64,000 bases of DNA from Podarcis bocagei (taxonomy: Eukaryota): NCBI GenBank assembly GCA_964188305.1, contig OZ076890.1; one strand, given 5' to 3'. The notes beneath the pieces were generated by a model. The model saw only the letters and a program-made list of their open reading frames with translations, was not told the origin of the DNA and did not search any database. This document shows positions 1-13,490 of the stretch, in pieces (position 1 is the stretch's first letter; the number at the start of each line of letters is the position of its first letter). Both the position numbers and the translations under genes were made by a program.

Positions 1-258
1 AAGCATACAAACCAAGAAGGGGAGCCTAGGTGACAAGAGAAAATGCTAGTTCTGTTTACCTTTCTGTGCTCCTCTCCTTCCATTCTAAAGTACATTGAGT
101 TGTGAATCTGACCAGGAGTGGCAAGGAATCTATGAGTAAATGTATTCAAGTCAAAGACCTAAACACAATTGCTTCTTGGAGGCATAGGTGCTCAGCAGCA
201 GCATATCTGTGTTTGTATCAGACTTTTTAAACAACACTGTCGGATTATTTCCCAAGGG

Positions 259-334
259 CTAGTCTGCTGCAGCAAAACAACAGAATTCTTTGGGCACCTT
301 AAAGACTAAGATGCTAAAGGACTCTGTTGTTTTT
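259..334. mobile_element. Old Penelope-like element terminal-repeat relic (collapsed foldback)
   Basis: tagtctgctgcagcaaaacaacaga...gcaccttaaagact followed by a partly inverted ctctgttgtttt. The gcaccttaaagac motif is shared with the younger copy at 62.5 kb. Confidence 0.6.
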
Positions 335-619
335 ATTGTCAAGTGAGGATTTCTTTTGATACTTTGCAGATGACTGAGTATTGGTGGTCCCCTCCATCTC
401 CTCAGAAGCACGAGGAAGAGTGGAACCCATAAATGACCTTGTCAGAATAAGGTTTGCTTACTGATTAATGTACTGTCACATTGCAAGGGCAATGTGTAAA
501 CTAGCCATAAAGAAAAGGTATGTATGTGTGCCTCATTCCTGAATGTACACAACTACTGTGAACTATTGGACAAATGAGATGATTAGAGTTCTATTCCCCT
601 GTCTCTATTCAGACATCTA

Positions 620-867
620 CAGTCGTACCTTGGTTTTTGAACAGCTTAGTTCTTGAATGTTTCAACTCCCAAAAGTTGCAACCCCAGAAGTGACTGTTCC
701 GGTTTGAAAACTATTTTTGGAAGCCAAACATCCACCGGGGCTTCCGCGGATTCTAATTGGCTGCAGGAGCTTCCTGTAGCCAATCAGAAGCCGCACTGGT
801 TTTTGAATGTTTTGGAATTCAAACGGACGTCCAGAACGGATTCCATTCGACTTCCAAGGTACGACTG
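620..867. mobile_element. Non-autonomous Tc1/mariner-superfamily MITE (248 bp)
   Basis: Perfect 14-bp TIRs CAGTCGTACCTTGG/CCAAGGTACGACTG, with TA on both sides (618-619, 868-869). Confidence 0.92.
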
Positions 868-1039
868 TATTAGGCTTTTGAGAAAAGTGCAAACCGTGTA
901 TATTTTTAGAATGCAAAGCCCAGGTACCCAGTCCTATTTTGGAGTCACATCTTAATCCCATATATTAAATAGTAGTGATTACACTATACTAAAAGACATG
1001 AAAGACATCAAAGTCCTGCTAAAGGGATGGGCATAATAT

Positions 1040-1074
1040 AACAAACAAACAAACAAACAAACAAACAAACAAAC
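1040..1074. repeat. (AAAC)n microsatellite
   Basis: Direct reading. Confidence 0.95.
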
Positions 1075-2899
1075 CAAAAGCAGTATATCACTTTGTATAT
1101 TCATCTAAATTCAGAAAAAACTGCTGAATCCCATGCTAAAATTAAGATTTGAGGAATATTTTATTCCTGACTGAGGCTAGAACAAAAAGACCAACGTGCT
1201 GCCTATCCTCCTTTATTTACAGAATTTGAACTAAATGCTGAACTTCATTTCAAATGCATGGTTATTGATATAAGCAGGTCAGTGTATAAGACTGCACAGA
1301 ACCAAGCCTAACAAAGTCATTACTTGATAGTGTATCCCTAGGGTAAAGAATGAAAAAGGGTAAACTGCCATTAATCCGTTCTGTGCCCTAAAAAGGGTTG
1401 CTATTCCAATTCCCTCATGCCATTCAACTTCAATAGATTCATTCATTCAATGTATATACCACTAAACTACAATTGTCTCTAAGTTGTGTATGGAAAATAA
1501 AAAAGGTAAAATCAATTAGAACTTTAAATTCACAGTTTAAAAATGCCTGCTGGAATAAAAAAAGTCTTCAGCAGGCAACAAAGTTATCGTTTTGCCATAT
1601 TCCTGCTTTCCTTCAATTTGTTATAAACTATTAAAACTCTGGTCTTGATTTTTATCTGATTCACTGCTACACTTAACTCTTCTTAAAACTGACTAGACGT
1701 ACAAATGTCCCACTCTGGGCTGTTCTGACCCCACTGCAGTGTAAGGCAGAGTACTGTATATGGATTAGTTTTACAAACCGCTCTTCATCATTTCAGTAAT
1801 CCCAGCGTAGTTTCCAACATATAAAATATCTCATCTAAAAATACATTTAAATAAAACAACCAATATTATTGTAATGTGAGGACCAATAACAACGGCAACT
1901 AATTAATTAACTAATGCTTGAAATAGTTCATAGGATCATACTTGAGACAATACATTCAGTGTTTGTCAGTCTTGTAATATAGAATGAAAACATTAATTAG
2001 CCATACTGGTTTGTAAAACTAGTTTTTAATCTGATCTTAGTGCAGTTCTTGACATTTTGTCATAACAGGCTTTTAGCTTTGAACCTTTCACCACAGCTGT
2101 TAATATCCATGGTATTTAAGTGGGTGTGTGGGTGTTATTTTTAAAATACTTTTTTTGCCTCATGAGATGTAATGTATGGTGGTACAAATATATAGCAAAG
2201 CTGCTTAAGTATTCAGTAAGGATATCCTGCCTTCTGTATTATTAGAGGGTTTTTTTAAAAAAAAAATACAGTATTTTTTGAGAATCACTTTTATTTGTCA
2301 TGTTCAGTAATTATCGTTTATGTGAAAAGATGGGAGAGGGAATTGCCATAAGCACTTAGGAGGCTGTAAGGCCCATAATCATGCCATGTTTCTGGCTGTA
2401 CCTATGCTAAGACGACATATCACATCTTCAAAGACTATTCTGTAGACATCAAACATGTTCAAAGCTTAATACAATTATAATGTATCTTAAGAAAATAACC
2501 ACAGAATCTGCAGAACCTGTTTGACTAGGGAATAATGGAGCCGATTTGGCCTCTAGAGACTTTTAAGTTAAGCACATTACCAACTGGACCATATAAGAAA
2601 GTAAACATTGGCTGCTCCAAAGGTAAATGATGAGGCATTTCTGAAATTAATTTTAACAGTGCTCTATGTTGGCATTTTCTTTAAATGGAAAATAAGCAAA
2701 CATGCTAGTATAAAGATGTTTTATTGCACAGGGCAACATTAAATAAATGCACAAACAAATGCTAATATATATCACAAGCCACATCCAATCATGCATAATT
2801 AGAGTAATCTGAGATAAAAGAAGATCCCAAACTCAGAAGTGCTTGCTTTTCTCCACTTACTACTGGTGACTTGCATCTTATACTTATTATACTTACGCA

Positions 2900-2901
<2 letters not shown>

Positions 2902-2954
<53 letters not shown>

Positions 2955-2969
2955 AATAAATAAATAAAT
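2902..2969. repeat. (TG)n followed by (AAAT)n
   Basis: Direct reading. Confidence 0.95.
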
Positions 2970-3759
2970 CACTCTCCATTTATTCATTCACCACCACCAT
3001 ATGCACAGCTTCGATCCCAGGCATATTCAGCTTTTGAAAGACAGCACAAGGACTCTGGCAATGCCTCAGAGCCCTCATGTCTCCTTCCAAAAGCCGGGCA
3101 AGTGCTTACCGGGCATTGGGAAAGTGGAATGAAGGCTCTAGGATCCTGCCAGGGCCTTCATACTGCCTTTTCAAAGCCAAGTAAGCAGCCCTCCACCTTG
3201 AGGTGGTCCCAGTTCCAGAGGTTCCTGCTTTATGCATTTTTTGCATTTATGCATGGACCCCCAGAACTGAACCCTCAGGTAAGGTGTGAATTACCCATAC
3301 CAAAAAATGAATAAAATATTCCCTATCTATTAAAGATCTGAGATACATATTGTTCTTCAAATATATATATATTCCTTCAAATGTGGCTTCCCTGTACAAA
3401 AAGTATTGTAATTCTTATTTCATTTAATCAAAAGTCACTATCAATACAGTTTCATGTATTTATATCCAATTGAATTTAGCTGTGCTAAGCTGCACAACAC
3501 TGTAGCTCATGCACTACTATAGCTATACTGGACCAATTCCCACAATGTACTTGTTTTCAGTTCACTGTATTAAGTGTACATAGTTCCTTCAGCCTCCAGC
3601 ACTTGCACAATCTCATCTGATTCAGATGGCTTAGAGAAAGAGCGAGCGCTTGAGTGAGTGAGAGAAGCTTATTGCCACGGCTTAGGGCCCAAACAGTGTT
3701 TGGAGTGCTGCTGCCAATATGAACCTAACTGGACCCTTCTCCAGGTTCCACCTCAAGGA

Positions 3760-3870
3760 AAATGGTCTTTTCAGCTGTGGCTACCAATCTACAGAATGCG
3801 GTCTGCCTGCCCCCATCCTGAAATCCTTTCAGCACCAGGTTAAAACTTCACTGTTTCCCAGATGTTTGAA
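3760..3870 (+). mobile_element. Degenerate L2-type LINE 3' end fragment
   Basis: ttttcagctgtggctacc...tcctttcagcaccaggttaaaacttcactgttt resembles the conserved end of L2 ORF2. Confidence 0.45.
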
Positions 3871-3904
3871 GAAGAACTGTCAATTGCCTATTGTGAGGGT
3901 TGGC

Positions 3905-4025
3905 CAATGTCGTACCCTCTAACTGTCGTTGGACTGTAACTCTCATAATCCCAGTGAACTGGTCACAGTAGCTGAGAATGAGGAGAGCTGTAGCTCTACA
4001 AAGACTTGATGCTGGCTACCCCTGA
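3905..4025. mobile_element. Old palindromic hAT-type MITE
   Basis: ggactgtaactctcat...atgaggagagctgtag core, similar to the 13.1, 15.1 and 38.5 kb MITEs. Ends ctacccctg. Confidence 0.55.
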
Positions 4026-6644
4026 TCTAGTGGATAAAATGTCCTTCCTTTTGATGTTTTTCTGCTAGATGCATTCATAAATTATATTGGAACAATCTTA
4101 TGGAATTGTATTGTTTTAGTTTTATATGCTATGCCTTTTTGTAAGTTGCTTAGAGACTTCTATGTGGTAAGCAATTAATAAGTCAAGCACTAATACTAAT
4201 AATATTTGTATCCTGAAAGGGAGAATATAAACAACTGTAACAAATATGTAATAAATGAATGGTTCATGTGCAAAGTGTATGAAGACATATACAGAATACA
4301 TAAAGAAACTTGACTTGTGTCTTTCCGGGAGCAAAGAAACTCTGAACTAAAAATACACAAGACAAACTACTAGTCTCCATTTTTTCTTGTCTACATGGCG
4401 ATACACACATATTCCTATGCTATGCATTCATCCTAAAATGATTACCAACTGCCAAATAAACATTTACAGATGTTTTTCAGTGGAGATCAAAAGCAATTTA
4501 ATATGCCTGCTTGGATCTATTACTTGCCAAACATAGAAATAGAGACCAAGAATCAACTCAGTAATATAACCAGTTTATTTTCCTGAAAGTAGGATATCCA
4601 TGACTGTGCTGAAGGGTTTTAAATTAAGTTCTCCTGCCACACCTTCAATTGTATACAGATAAACAAATATGAAACTATGGGTTGCTGAGCTCTGTTCCAA
4701 ACAAAATATACCACTTTATTTTATCCCCTATTTTGGTATTTCCAACTGTCTTGCAATCTATATGTAGAAGAAATTCTGTCAGATGAAGGTTTGTGTACAG
4801 AATAAATATACATCTATAACTGGTGAAGGATTCTTCCCCCGTTCTTCAGACAGACTGTCTTTACACAATTCAGGCTCATCTAGAATTTGGGTTTGCACAT
4901 GGTCAGTCTTCATTCTTAGATGAGGGTGCTAGCATATAAATTAGAAGTTATGGTCATGTAGATATACCATTTATGCAGAAGTCCATTTGAAATAAAAGTG
5001 ATAAAGATTCTTAGGATGACTGTTATACTTTTTGTGGGGGTGGGATGGGCAGGGATGCAGAGAAACTGGAAAGTTCAATGGGAAAAGTTTCCAGAAACAA
5101 CAGACAGGAATGTCAAAAGTATTAGGAGCCTAAGAGTGTATACTGCGAGCTGAAAAAATGAGAAATGAATCTAGTTGTTCTGGGGTAAAGGAAGCAGAGT
5201 AAATAAGGGGCAAGTTAAAACAGGGAAAGGAAGGAATCTTCAAATGAGTTCCAGGGATGCAATTTGTGGGGAATGGTTGGAGCAGTAAGGAAAGCTGCAT
5301 TTCTGATTTGTTCTTTGTTTTGTCCGAAGCATTTTCACCACATTTCTGTGGCAGTTATAGTTAAGAGGGAAACTGAGATCTATTTGGAAGAATGCCACAG
5401 TAGGAGCTCATGCTGATAGAGAAGAATGGAGATGATTAGAAAGCAATTAAAATAAACTTTTGCCTGGATTTTCCTTCCCCTTGTAATAGTCATAAAACAA
5501 ATGTTTGCATAGAAGCCTGACCGAGGTCCCTGCCTAGACGAGTAATATACAAAAACAACACAGAAGGCCTTAACCCTGACTATTTTTCCATGGCTTGAAG
5601 CCAACACTAGCTCAAGTATTGAGTAAGGATGAGGTCACTCATGATGCTATTTGCAATTGCAACTGTCACCTGCATACTTTCCCAACAGGGCAGTTGTATC
5701 TGCTAATCATTCCTGATTGTTTCAACACTAGAATGTTGTCTTTAGTTGTTTTCTGGCTACTTTTACTTAAGAATATTTAAAGAGAAAAACGGGAAATGGA
5801 ATCAAGATTAAGTTACTATAGCAAAACAGCACAAACACTTTAGAAAAATACCCAGGAATGGGAGGCAAGTAGCAAGGGACCACTATTGTAGTTAAGGAAG
5901 TGAGCGGAGACAGGTCATAGCCAACTATTGCCATTGGGTGACCTTAAGCAAGTCACATTTGTCCAGCCTCAGACCCCAATATGGTGGTAACAACAACAAA
6001 TGGAGAAGCAGAGTGGCTAAAAGACGAGCATTGCAAGCTAGGAAGTCGCATCTGGCCTGTGCTGCTATGTGGCTTTACACAAACAGACCACTATCTTCCA
6101 AACCTATTTCTCAGAAAAGGGAGGAAGATAGATAAGGGAGGAAATATGTGTCTCCACTATAACCCCACTTCAGACTAGAGAGGCTGAGTGTTTCTCCATA
6201 CAAAACAATCAACCCTCATATACAACTTGCAGAACATACTGCCAGAAGAATAACAAATAGTTCATCTGACTACTCCCCGCTCCATTCGCCTATTACTACG
6301 AATGAAAAGATTAATCTGTTTGGCTATCCCATGAAAAACATTTTGATTTGACTAAAATGTGCCCCTGATTAATTGGGTAGCAGATTTTTTTAAGTGCTTA
6401 CGTGTTTTTAAAGAACTAGTTTTTATTTGCAAATTTATTCAAATGTAATGTATCCATTTTGCAACCAATTTTGCAATTAATATTTCTTTAGGGGGAAATA
6501 GTTCTATTTGTTACACATGGCACAACGTACACAGATATATGGCAAGGCCACACTGACTAATTCATAAGACAAACACATTTGTTACCTAAAATTGTTACAC
6601 TTGAGAACATGATTTTTATATATTCAAACTATTGGTCAGTTTAA

Positions 6645-7960
6645 CTCAGTACCCTGACTGGCAGCAGCTTGCCAGAGTTTCAGGCAACAGCCTTTCCCAG
6701 ACATACTTGACTATGCCAGAAACTGAACCTGGGACCCTATGTATGCAAAGTACCGTATTTTTCGCTCTATAACACGCACCTGACCATAACACGCACGTAG
6801 TTTTTAAAGGAGGAAAACAAGAAAAAAATATTCTAAATGAAACAGTAGATGTATGATTTTTGTGGTTCATGCTGTGGCCACAGACATGTGATCTGATGGT
6901 GAGTTTGGGGTGACCCAGTGCAAAAATCCTGAGGATCCATGTGGATCCGTGCTTTGTAACCACGTTTTAAGTGGGGAGGGAAGGAAAAGCACTCAAGGGA
7001 TAAGGAGCATGCGTGGGGTGGGTGGAGAAGCAGCTTTTCTGCGAGCTGAGCAGGGAGGGAAAGAGCACTGTTGCTTTAAAGGTATACTTAAGGTATTTGC
7101 CCTGTGCCTGGGGTTTTTTCCATTTAACAGTTTGCAGCCTTTTTCTTCGCTCCTTGTTTTGAGGCAGAATAGATTTGAGCAAGTGAGGAGGACTTGGATT
7201 GCAGGGGATTTGCTATTAGCTGTGTAAAAGCTCTCCTCCTTGCAGCCTTCTACTTTGTTTGTACAGGTGGCTACTGGTATCAGGTTCAGTTTGAGTGATA
7301 AGCAGCCACCAGCAGCAATACAATGGAGCACAAAAAGCAGTAGGGGCACTAGGACCCAGACAATGCTCAAATCTATCCTGCCTGAAAACAGCTGAGAAGC
7401 GGGGGGATAGCCTTTTCTTTTACTTCCTGGTTTTCACTGCGCTCGTGGCTCAGAGCTCCAGGTTGGTTTTGGTTTTTTTTTGCTGCTGGTTGCTTAAACT
7501 TTATCCTTCCTGATCCAAGCCCTCCTGTCCCTCTGCAGCCTCATTGCTCCATTTAGAGAGCGCTGGGACCTTTGCTAGCTGAGGCTGCAGCAGCTGTTAC
7601 TGGCTACTTTAAAAGCGCCTGCTGGCTTTGAACTGCCTGCCTTCTCCCGGCTTGCTATGGCTCCCGTCTGTCCCTCCTCGCGTGTAAGCGGCTGCTGCCC
7701 GCTTTGCTGCCATGGCTCTCCTTCCCTCCCTCCTCCTCAGCTCCTCCCCCTCCTCCTGGCTGTAAAGCAAGCAAAGCTAGAGCCGTTCAAAGCCCTGCAA
7801 GCGGCTCCGCTTTGCTTGACTGACGGCAGCCATGGCTCCGGTCGAGTGCATTCGCTCCGTAACACGCACAGGCATTTTCCCTTACTTTCTAGGAGCAAAA
7901 AACTGCGTGTTATGGAGCGAAAATTACGGTATGTACTGTACCATGAGCTGTACCCTTCCT
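6645..7960 (-). mobile_element. tRNA-derived Squam3-like SINE, split by the element at 6753-7929
   Basis: ctgactggcagcagcttgccagagtttcagg...gaacctgggacc...atgcaaag (box B region) resumes after the insertion as tgtactgtaccatgagctgtacccttcc (box A/5' end). Confidence 0.75.
6753..7929. mobile_element. Non-autonomous Tc2/pogo-group (Tc1/mariner superfamily) DNA transposon, 1177 bp
   Basis: 26-bp TIRs CCGTATTTTTCGCTCTATAACACGCA (2 mismatches), TA TSD (6751-52, 7930-31), subterminal TAACACGCAC repeats, no transposase ORF. Confidence 0.9.
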
Positions 7961-8429
7961 TAGTTCTCTGTTTCACAGCTGAAGAGCAGTTACACATGGC
8001 CGATATGTTTAATCATATGAATTAACAGGATCAGATGACAGTAACAAAGCTCATAAAAGAGAATACTTTTAAAATGCACTAAAAGTAGTTTTGATACCAT
8101 CAGATGCAAATGATTAAAAAACAACAACACTTTCTTCTTTAATGAAGGCAAGCATCACACAAGTCTTCTACAACAACAGAGTTAGTACTAGTAAGTTTTA
8201 GGCTAACAAAACTCACAGAATTGTTGTGTTGATTGCAAAGAAATTGCGACCTTGCAAGTCTGAGATGCTTAGAGAAAGACCCTTACATACACGACTACAA
8301 TAAATAAAATGAAATGTGACACATGCCAGATTTACTTTCAAGCAGTTGACATTATTTTTTAAGTTAGCTACAGGTTTCATGTCAGCCAAGACAATTCCAA
8401 CACAAGCCATTTCCTTATCTCTCCCAAAG

Positions 8430-8520
8430 TATGCAACGAAAACCAAAGGAAAACACTCAGTGTGTGATGAAAAGGAGCTGAAGAGCTGCATGTCATCAGC
8501 ATACTGATAGCACAATCACT
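8430..8520 (-). mobile_element. L2-type LINE reverse transcriptase fragment (YADD motif)
   Basis: Translation CYQYADDMQLFSSF matches the L2 RT pattern CHQYADDTQLY. Confidence 0.75.
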
Positions 8521-8724
8521 CAAACCTTCACTTCCTGTACTGTCAACACAGATGACAAAAACGGAAGTTTCAGGAATTCTAATAAACAGTGGGCTATGGA
8601 TGCTACTGCCAGAGCCCACTCAGGCTGTCAGCAGCTGTTTATTGCATTGCACTTCAACACTTGTCTCTTTTTTCCTATAGTCCCTCTGCAATACTTTTGC
8701 TGCAAATCCCAGGTGGGGAACCTA

Positions 8725-9922
8725 TGTTGCACTGGAGGGGACAGATGTGTTGCTCCTCAAAGGAAACACGGGAGGAATGGCTGAGTTGACATAAGCCAAT
8801 CCAGGTCTTTGAAGAGGATAGATTAAAGTGCTGAGGCCTGACAGCACAAGGTGTTGGGCTTGAGGCCTAGAGATAAGCCTTCCAGCAGAAAGTGGAGGTC
8901 CAAAACTGTTGCTCATCTTAGGAAAAAAATCATTTGACACCCAGGAACAGACACATTGTCAGGTCCTCTGCTATAGGCATACTGTGGATGATCTTCTGGG
9001 TGCTAGAATATTGTCTTGCCACCGATGTTTGGAAGTCCAGCCTTTGAGGAGCTTCTTCCTTTCAACTTCCATAAATGCAGGTGGTACCAATGTGGCCCTT
9101 ATAAAGAAGGTCTTCCCTGATAGGCAGAGGTCAGGGTCAGGAAACTGTTAGGTTGGTTAAGGTCAGAAGCCAAGGTCAGAAGCCAAGATCTTCAAGATCT
9201 TCTTGTTGAATCTTCCTCAGGACCTATGTTATCAGAGGTAACACAGGAAAGGTGTGCAATAGCCCCTGTGGCCATGATGCTGTGAGGGCATCTGTTGCAT
9301 CTGCTGACTGGCAGTAAAATTGGGAGAAAGTTTTCCTGACTTATTGGTTGTCTTATCATGGCAAATAAATTTCTGCTTTCCCAAAGCATCTGGTTATCAG
9401 ACAGAATATCTCTGGATGGCGTTTCCATTCACCATGGTTAAGACGTTCTCTGCTCAGCCAGTATGCCTGTATGTTGTCTACTCCTCTGAGGTGTTCTGCT
9501 CTAAGGAGTCTGGAGGCCTCCTGCTGCAGGCATGTGATTTTGTACCCTCCTTGCCTTGGCTATTTCAAGGCTTCTTTAGCTTTGCACAAGAGAGAAAAAG
9601 GACGAGAGTGCTGGAAAACTCTGTAAGAATCAGACTCCTCTGCTTCTGATTCACCATCCCGTTCATTATCATAATCACCATCATTCTCTGATTGTTGATC
9701 TGAGGTATTCAGGGAAGCAGATACCTGGGACTGAGTTCCCCACTCATGAAGTGCAGGGGAAGTGGAATGCCTAGGTTGGGACTGAGGTTCCCTGTGTGAA
9801 GGTCATGTTCTAGATTGCCTCTTGGAGGTGGAGGCAACAGACAGACGAAGAACACTTGGAGACAGAGATAGTTACAGGCAAAACTACTTCCTAAGCTAGA
9901 TCTACAGGCAGAGCCTGTCACA
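8725..9922. mobile_element. Possible degenerate LTR-retrotransposon LTR remnants
   Basis: GC-elevated block starting TGTTG and ending TGTCACA, with an internal tandem AAGGTCAGAAGCC x2. No TSD seen. Confidence 0.3.
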
Positions 9923-12072
9923 TATTTTCCCTAGTCCTTCCCTTTTCTACCCATCAGAGCAGGTAGGGGCAGTGATAAGATAAAATAATACAGAAGCTAC
10001 CAAGATTTGTTATCCCTTCCACTTGATAAATTTAAGATTTTTGTGCAAGTGCAATACCTAGTACTTCACATTTTAATATCTTCAAACAAAAGTAGAGTTA
10101 AATGTAGACTCATTGAATATTGGCATCTTATTTTAAGCCTCAACAGAGAGTAATGTTAATGAACCATGATGTGTACTAGCTTCAAGACACTGCTCCCAGC
10201 ATTCCAATATACCGAATGTTCTGTTCTTAATAATTTCACAATATATTTGCACATTCCAGATTTGTTTCATTTCATCAGAGTTCTATATACTATTCAAAAG
10301 AGCCAGGAAATGCTCAATAAGAACTGTGTGGTGGAAAATGTGTGTGATGCATACACAAGGTTCTAGATTGTTGCCTTTAATTACTGCTTTAATTTTAGTT
10401 TTAAAAGAATTGTAATCAACCATAAAGAAGAAAAAGTACTCTACTGTCTAAACATGGACTGTGAAGACGTGACTGGCTGTGGTTTTATATGACATGTGAC
10501 AATCTACATACAGAGTTGCCAGCCAATTTATTCATGGAAGCGATTAGCATGTAGGAATATTGCCATGCTTAAAGAGTATTTTTTGTTTTCCACACATAAG
10601 CTGTTTGATTACACACTTGCTCATGAGGCTAAAAACAATGCAACAGTTTGGGAACACTATTCACTGAGGAACATTTGGGCTCATACATGACATTTAAGGA
10701 AGGCTGCCAGATCTTTTGTTCATACAGTATTGCACACCATCCTGAAGTCTTAAAAATATCAGCTGCATGAAATTTCTTTTGTGCACTATTTTGCACCTGG
10801 ATGAAACAAACAGATTGGATCTTGTCATAATTTGCATACCTGTTTGACAAAAAAACCCTTTGTCCGATAATGCAACATCAAAATTGAAACTCAGTCCTAA
10901 TCTTAATATCGTATGATAATCATTCACACAAGCACACACACTAAAATAGAACTAATAATTAACTTGCAAATACAGTTTCCAAAGGCAGTACAGGGAACAA
11001 CCATTTTGTGCGCAACAAAGGTGTGTGCACGACTTTCAGGCCTGGACTTTCAGGAGCAGAACGGGCTTACATATGACCGCTGGCATGCAAGATGACTTGG
11101 AATGCAACCCCCACACCAACAGGGAGTACTGTAACAGTTTTACAAATTTATAGTTTTGCCAAACTGGATTTGATTAATAGCGCATGGAAGATAATGATTG
11201 CAGATCACTGGTAGACTACCAAATGGACCACAAGTGAATTTATAGTGGACTACCCTGTGTGGTATGGTTGCTAGGACGCTTGTAATGAAATTCCAGACTT
11301 GGTGAAACTTTGTTAGATGCAGAAAGGTGCTTCCCCCATGGATCACTCAGCATTTATGCTTTAACTGTTAAAATAACCTCATTCTTGCTATGCAAATACA
11401 ATATATCATTGGAGCACTGGGATTTTAAATTTAAAGATTTTAGAAAAAAATGATACTAGCACACTCTCACTAGAATTTGGTACAATTCCAGTATAAGCAT
11501 TACCATGGGTAATATACTATGGATATGTCCCCCCCTCCCCACTTAAAGAAGTTTTTCCTCCAACTTGTTTTATCTACATCCTCTTAACAAAGTCCAGGAG
11601 ATAAAGATAAGCCTGAAGAAATAATAGATATTGCAATTATTGAGAGAACTTATCTTTAGTAATTTGGAGAATATTGATCTAATTCCAATTTTCCTTGCAA
11701 AGGAATAGTTTCTCAACTCCAGACCATATGATTTTGTATTTTGCTTATTTAGTTTGGCAGTACCATTTATACTGGGTTATAACAGGAAGGCTTAGATACT
11801 GCACAGGGATGTTTGTTTTCCTGGCCATTTACACGGGAGAACGGCTGTGCTACATAAACTTTAACAGCTTCCTTGGCTGGTCAACTTGCTGAGAAGCAAC
11901 CCTAATGAGAATACTGAAGGGAGTAAGAGAACCAGCTTCTACAAGGAGGAAAAACATGGTATTCTTACGGCCCCCAAGATATGACACAACAGAAAACAAA
12001 TGTTTCCAACTTAAAGTATCAACATCTGCATCATCAAAAGCCATGGGATTGTTTTGTCATATCTGTTACACC

Positions 12073-12206
12073 TAGGGTGGCCATCTTTTGAACAGCAAAA
12101 AAGAGGAAACAATTGCTGACGTCTACTTTAAACCATGAATCACTATGATGACTCTACCCATAAAAAAAGGATGTGTCCTGGAAAAAGAGGACATATGGCA
12201 ACCCTG
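12073..12206. mobile_element. hAT (Blackjack-like) MITE
   Basis: Termini TAGGGTGGCCAT / ATGGCAACCCTG with AAAAAGAGGA subterminal repeats. TSD not preserved. Confidence 0.7.
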
Positions 12207-12383
12207 CACATCCTATAATATATATAGAATGACAACAAGAGGGCTATCAGTGAGGGCAGGGAACCCTCAGGATCAAACCTATTCCCCAAATCTTTAGAAA
12301 AAATGCAGTACAGTATAATTGTCCTTGCCAGAGGACAGAGGAGTGGCAAAGAATGCTCCTATCCTGGGCCAGAGGTTTACAAT

Positions 12384-12507
12384 CAGTAGTGGCTGGTGGG
12401 GCTCCAATGCGCTCTTGGCTTCCATCGGTTAGCAACAGTGACCCGTTGTGTGGGAAAGCCAAGACAGCAATGGAACCCCACCACCAACACCCCAATGGCT
12501 GCCACTG
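12384..12507. mobile_element. Old hAT-type MITE
   Basis: Termini CAGTAGTGGCT / GGCTGCCACTG. The 8-bp flanks TTTACAAT and TTTATAAC match 6/8. Confidence 0.55.
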
Positions 12508-13066
12508 TTTATAACACTAAAAGAAGTCTATGTAGAGGCCAATGATATTATAAGTGGAAAGCTCTGGAAAGCAGCCAGAACAAATTTTCAGACTGGAAGC
12601 TTAAATAATTTTATGCCTTTGGATATCAGCAAGACTAAAAACTGTGGAAGAGAATCTCTCATGTGACAGATGTTCTTCAGAACACCTGGAGTTATCCAAG
12701 TTAGGGCTAAACCAAAACCACTGATTTTTTTACACGGCCATTTTTTTGCTCAAAACTCATTATCTTGGCAATTTCTTAATGGTTCCTGAGAAAACGCTCA
12801 TTTATCCGTTACATTGCCTTCGCTTTAAATTGCCCTCAGGGAAACCATCACATAGTCAAATATGAATGAAGCAGAAAGATAAGAGTGGTGGTTGCTGAGG
12901 TCACACTAATCACTGGAAATGTATGTATTCATCCAACAAATTTATTGGCTTTTTTTCATAATGCAAGACACATGATAAAAGCAACCTATTAAAATACTAC
13001 AATAACTGGGATATTTCCTTAATTCTTTGCTGAAATCTTTGTTGGTATTAAGAACATGCTCTGACC

Positions 13067-13202
13067 CAGGCATAGGCAAACTCGGCCCTCCAGATGTTTT
13101 TGGCCTACAACTCCCATTATCCCTAGCTAACAGGACCAGTAGTCAGGGGTGATGGGAACTGTAGTCTCAAAACACCTGGAGGGCCGAGATTGAGCAAGCC
13201 TG
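13067..13202. mobile_element. Palindromic hAT-type MITE
   Basis: CAGGC...GCCTG ends and an internal inverted repeat ctcggccctccag/ctggagggccgag. Close relative of 15067-15203. Confidence 0.85.
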
Positions 13203-13319
13203 GCTTAGATTATTAAATCCTCTTTAAAGCAAATTAATGGAAAAGTAAATTTCAATGGCTATTAGCTATATGCAAAATAAAATCAAGCTCTCGAAGAAAA
13301 CAACAGGATATAACTAGCA

Positions 13320-13490
13320 GAAGCAGCTCACCACCATGGCTTGCATACAAAAGGTGGCATGTTAAATCCCTGGGCTCCTCCATATATGGTTTTAAAAACA
13401 CTTTCTGAAATCCTGGAGAGCCACTAGTATGTGGTGTAACACTGAGCTGGATGGATCAACCACCTGACATAATATAAGGGGATCCTACAA
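13320..13490 (+). mobile_element. Degenerate Squam3-like SINE
   Basis: ttgcatacaaaagg...aatccctgg...ctgaaatcctggagagcc...actgagctggatggatcaa...tataagg. Confidence 0.65.

Noticed and set aside
8213-8515. ORF with YADD as an active reverse transcriptase or retron-like system
   Set aside because: Only ~15 residues resemble RT. It is an isolated L2 fossil.
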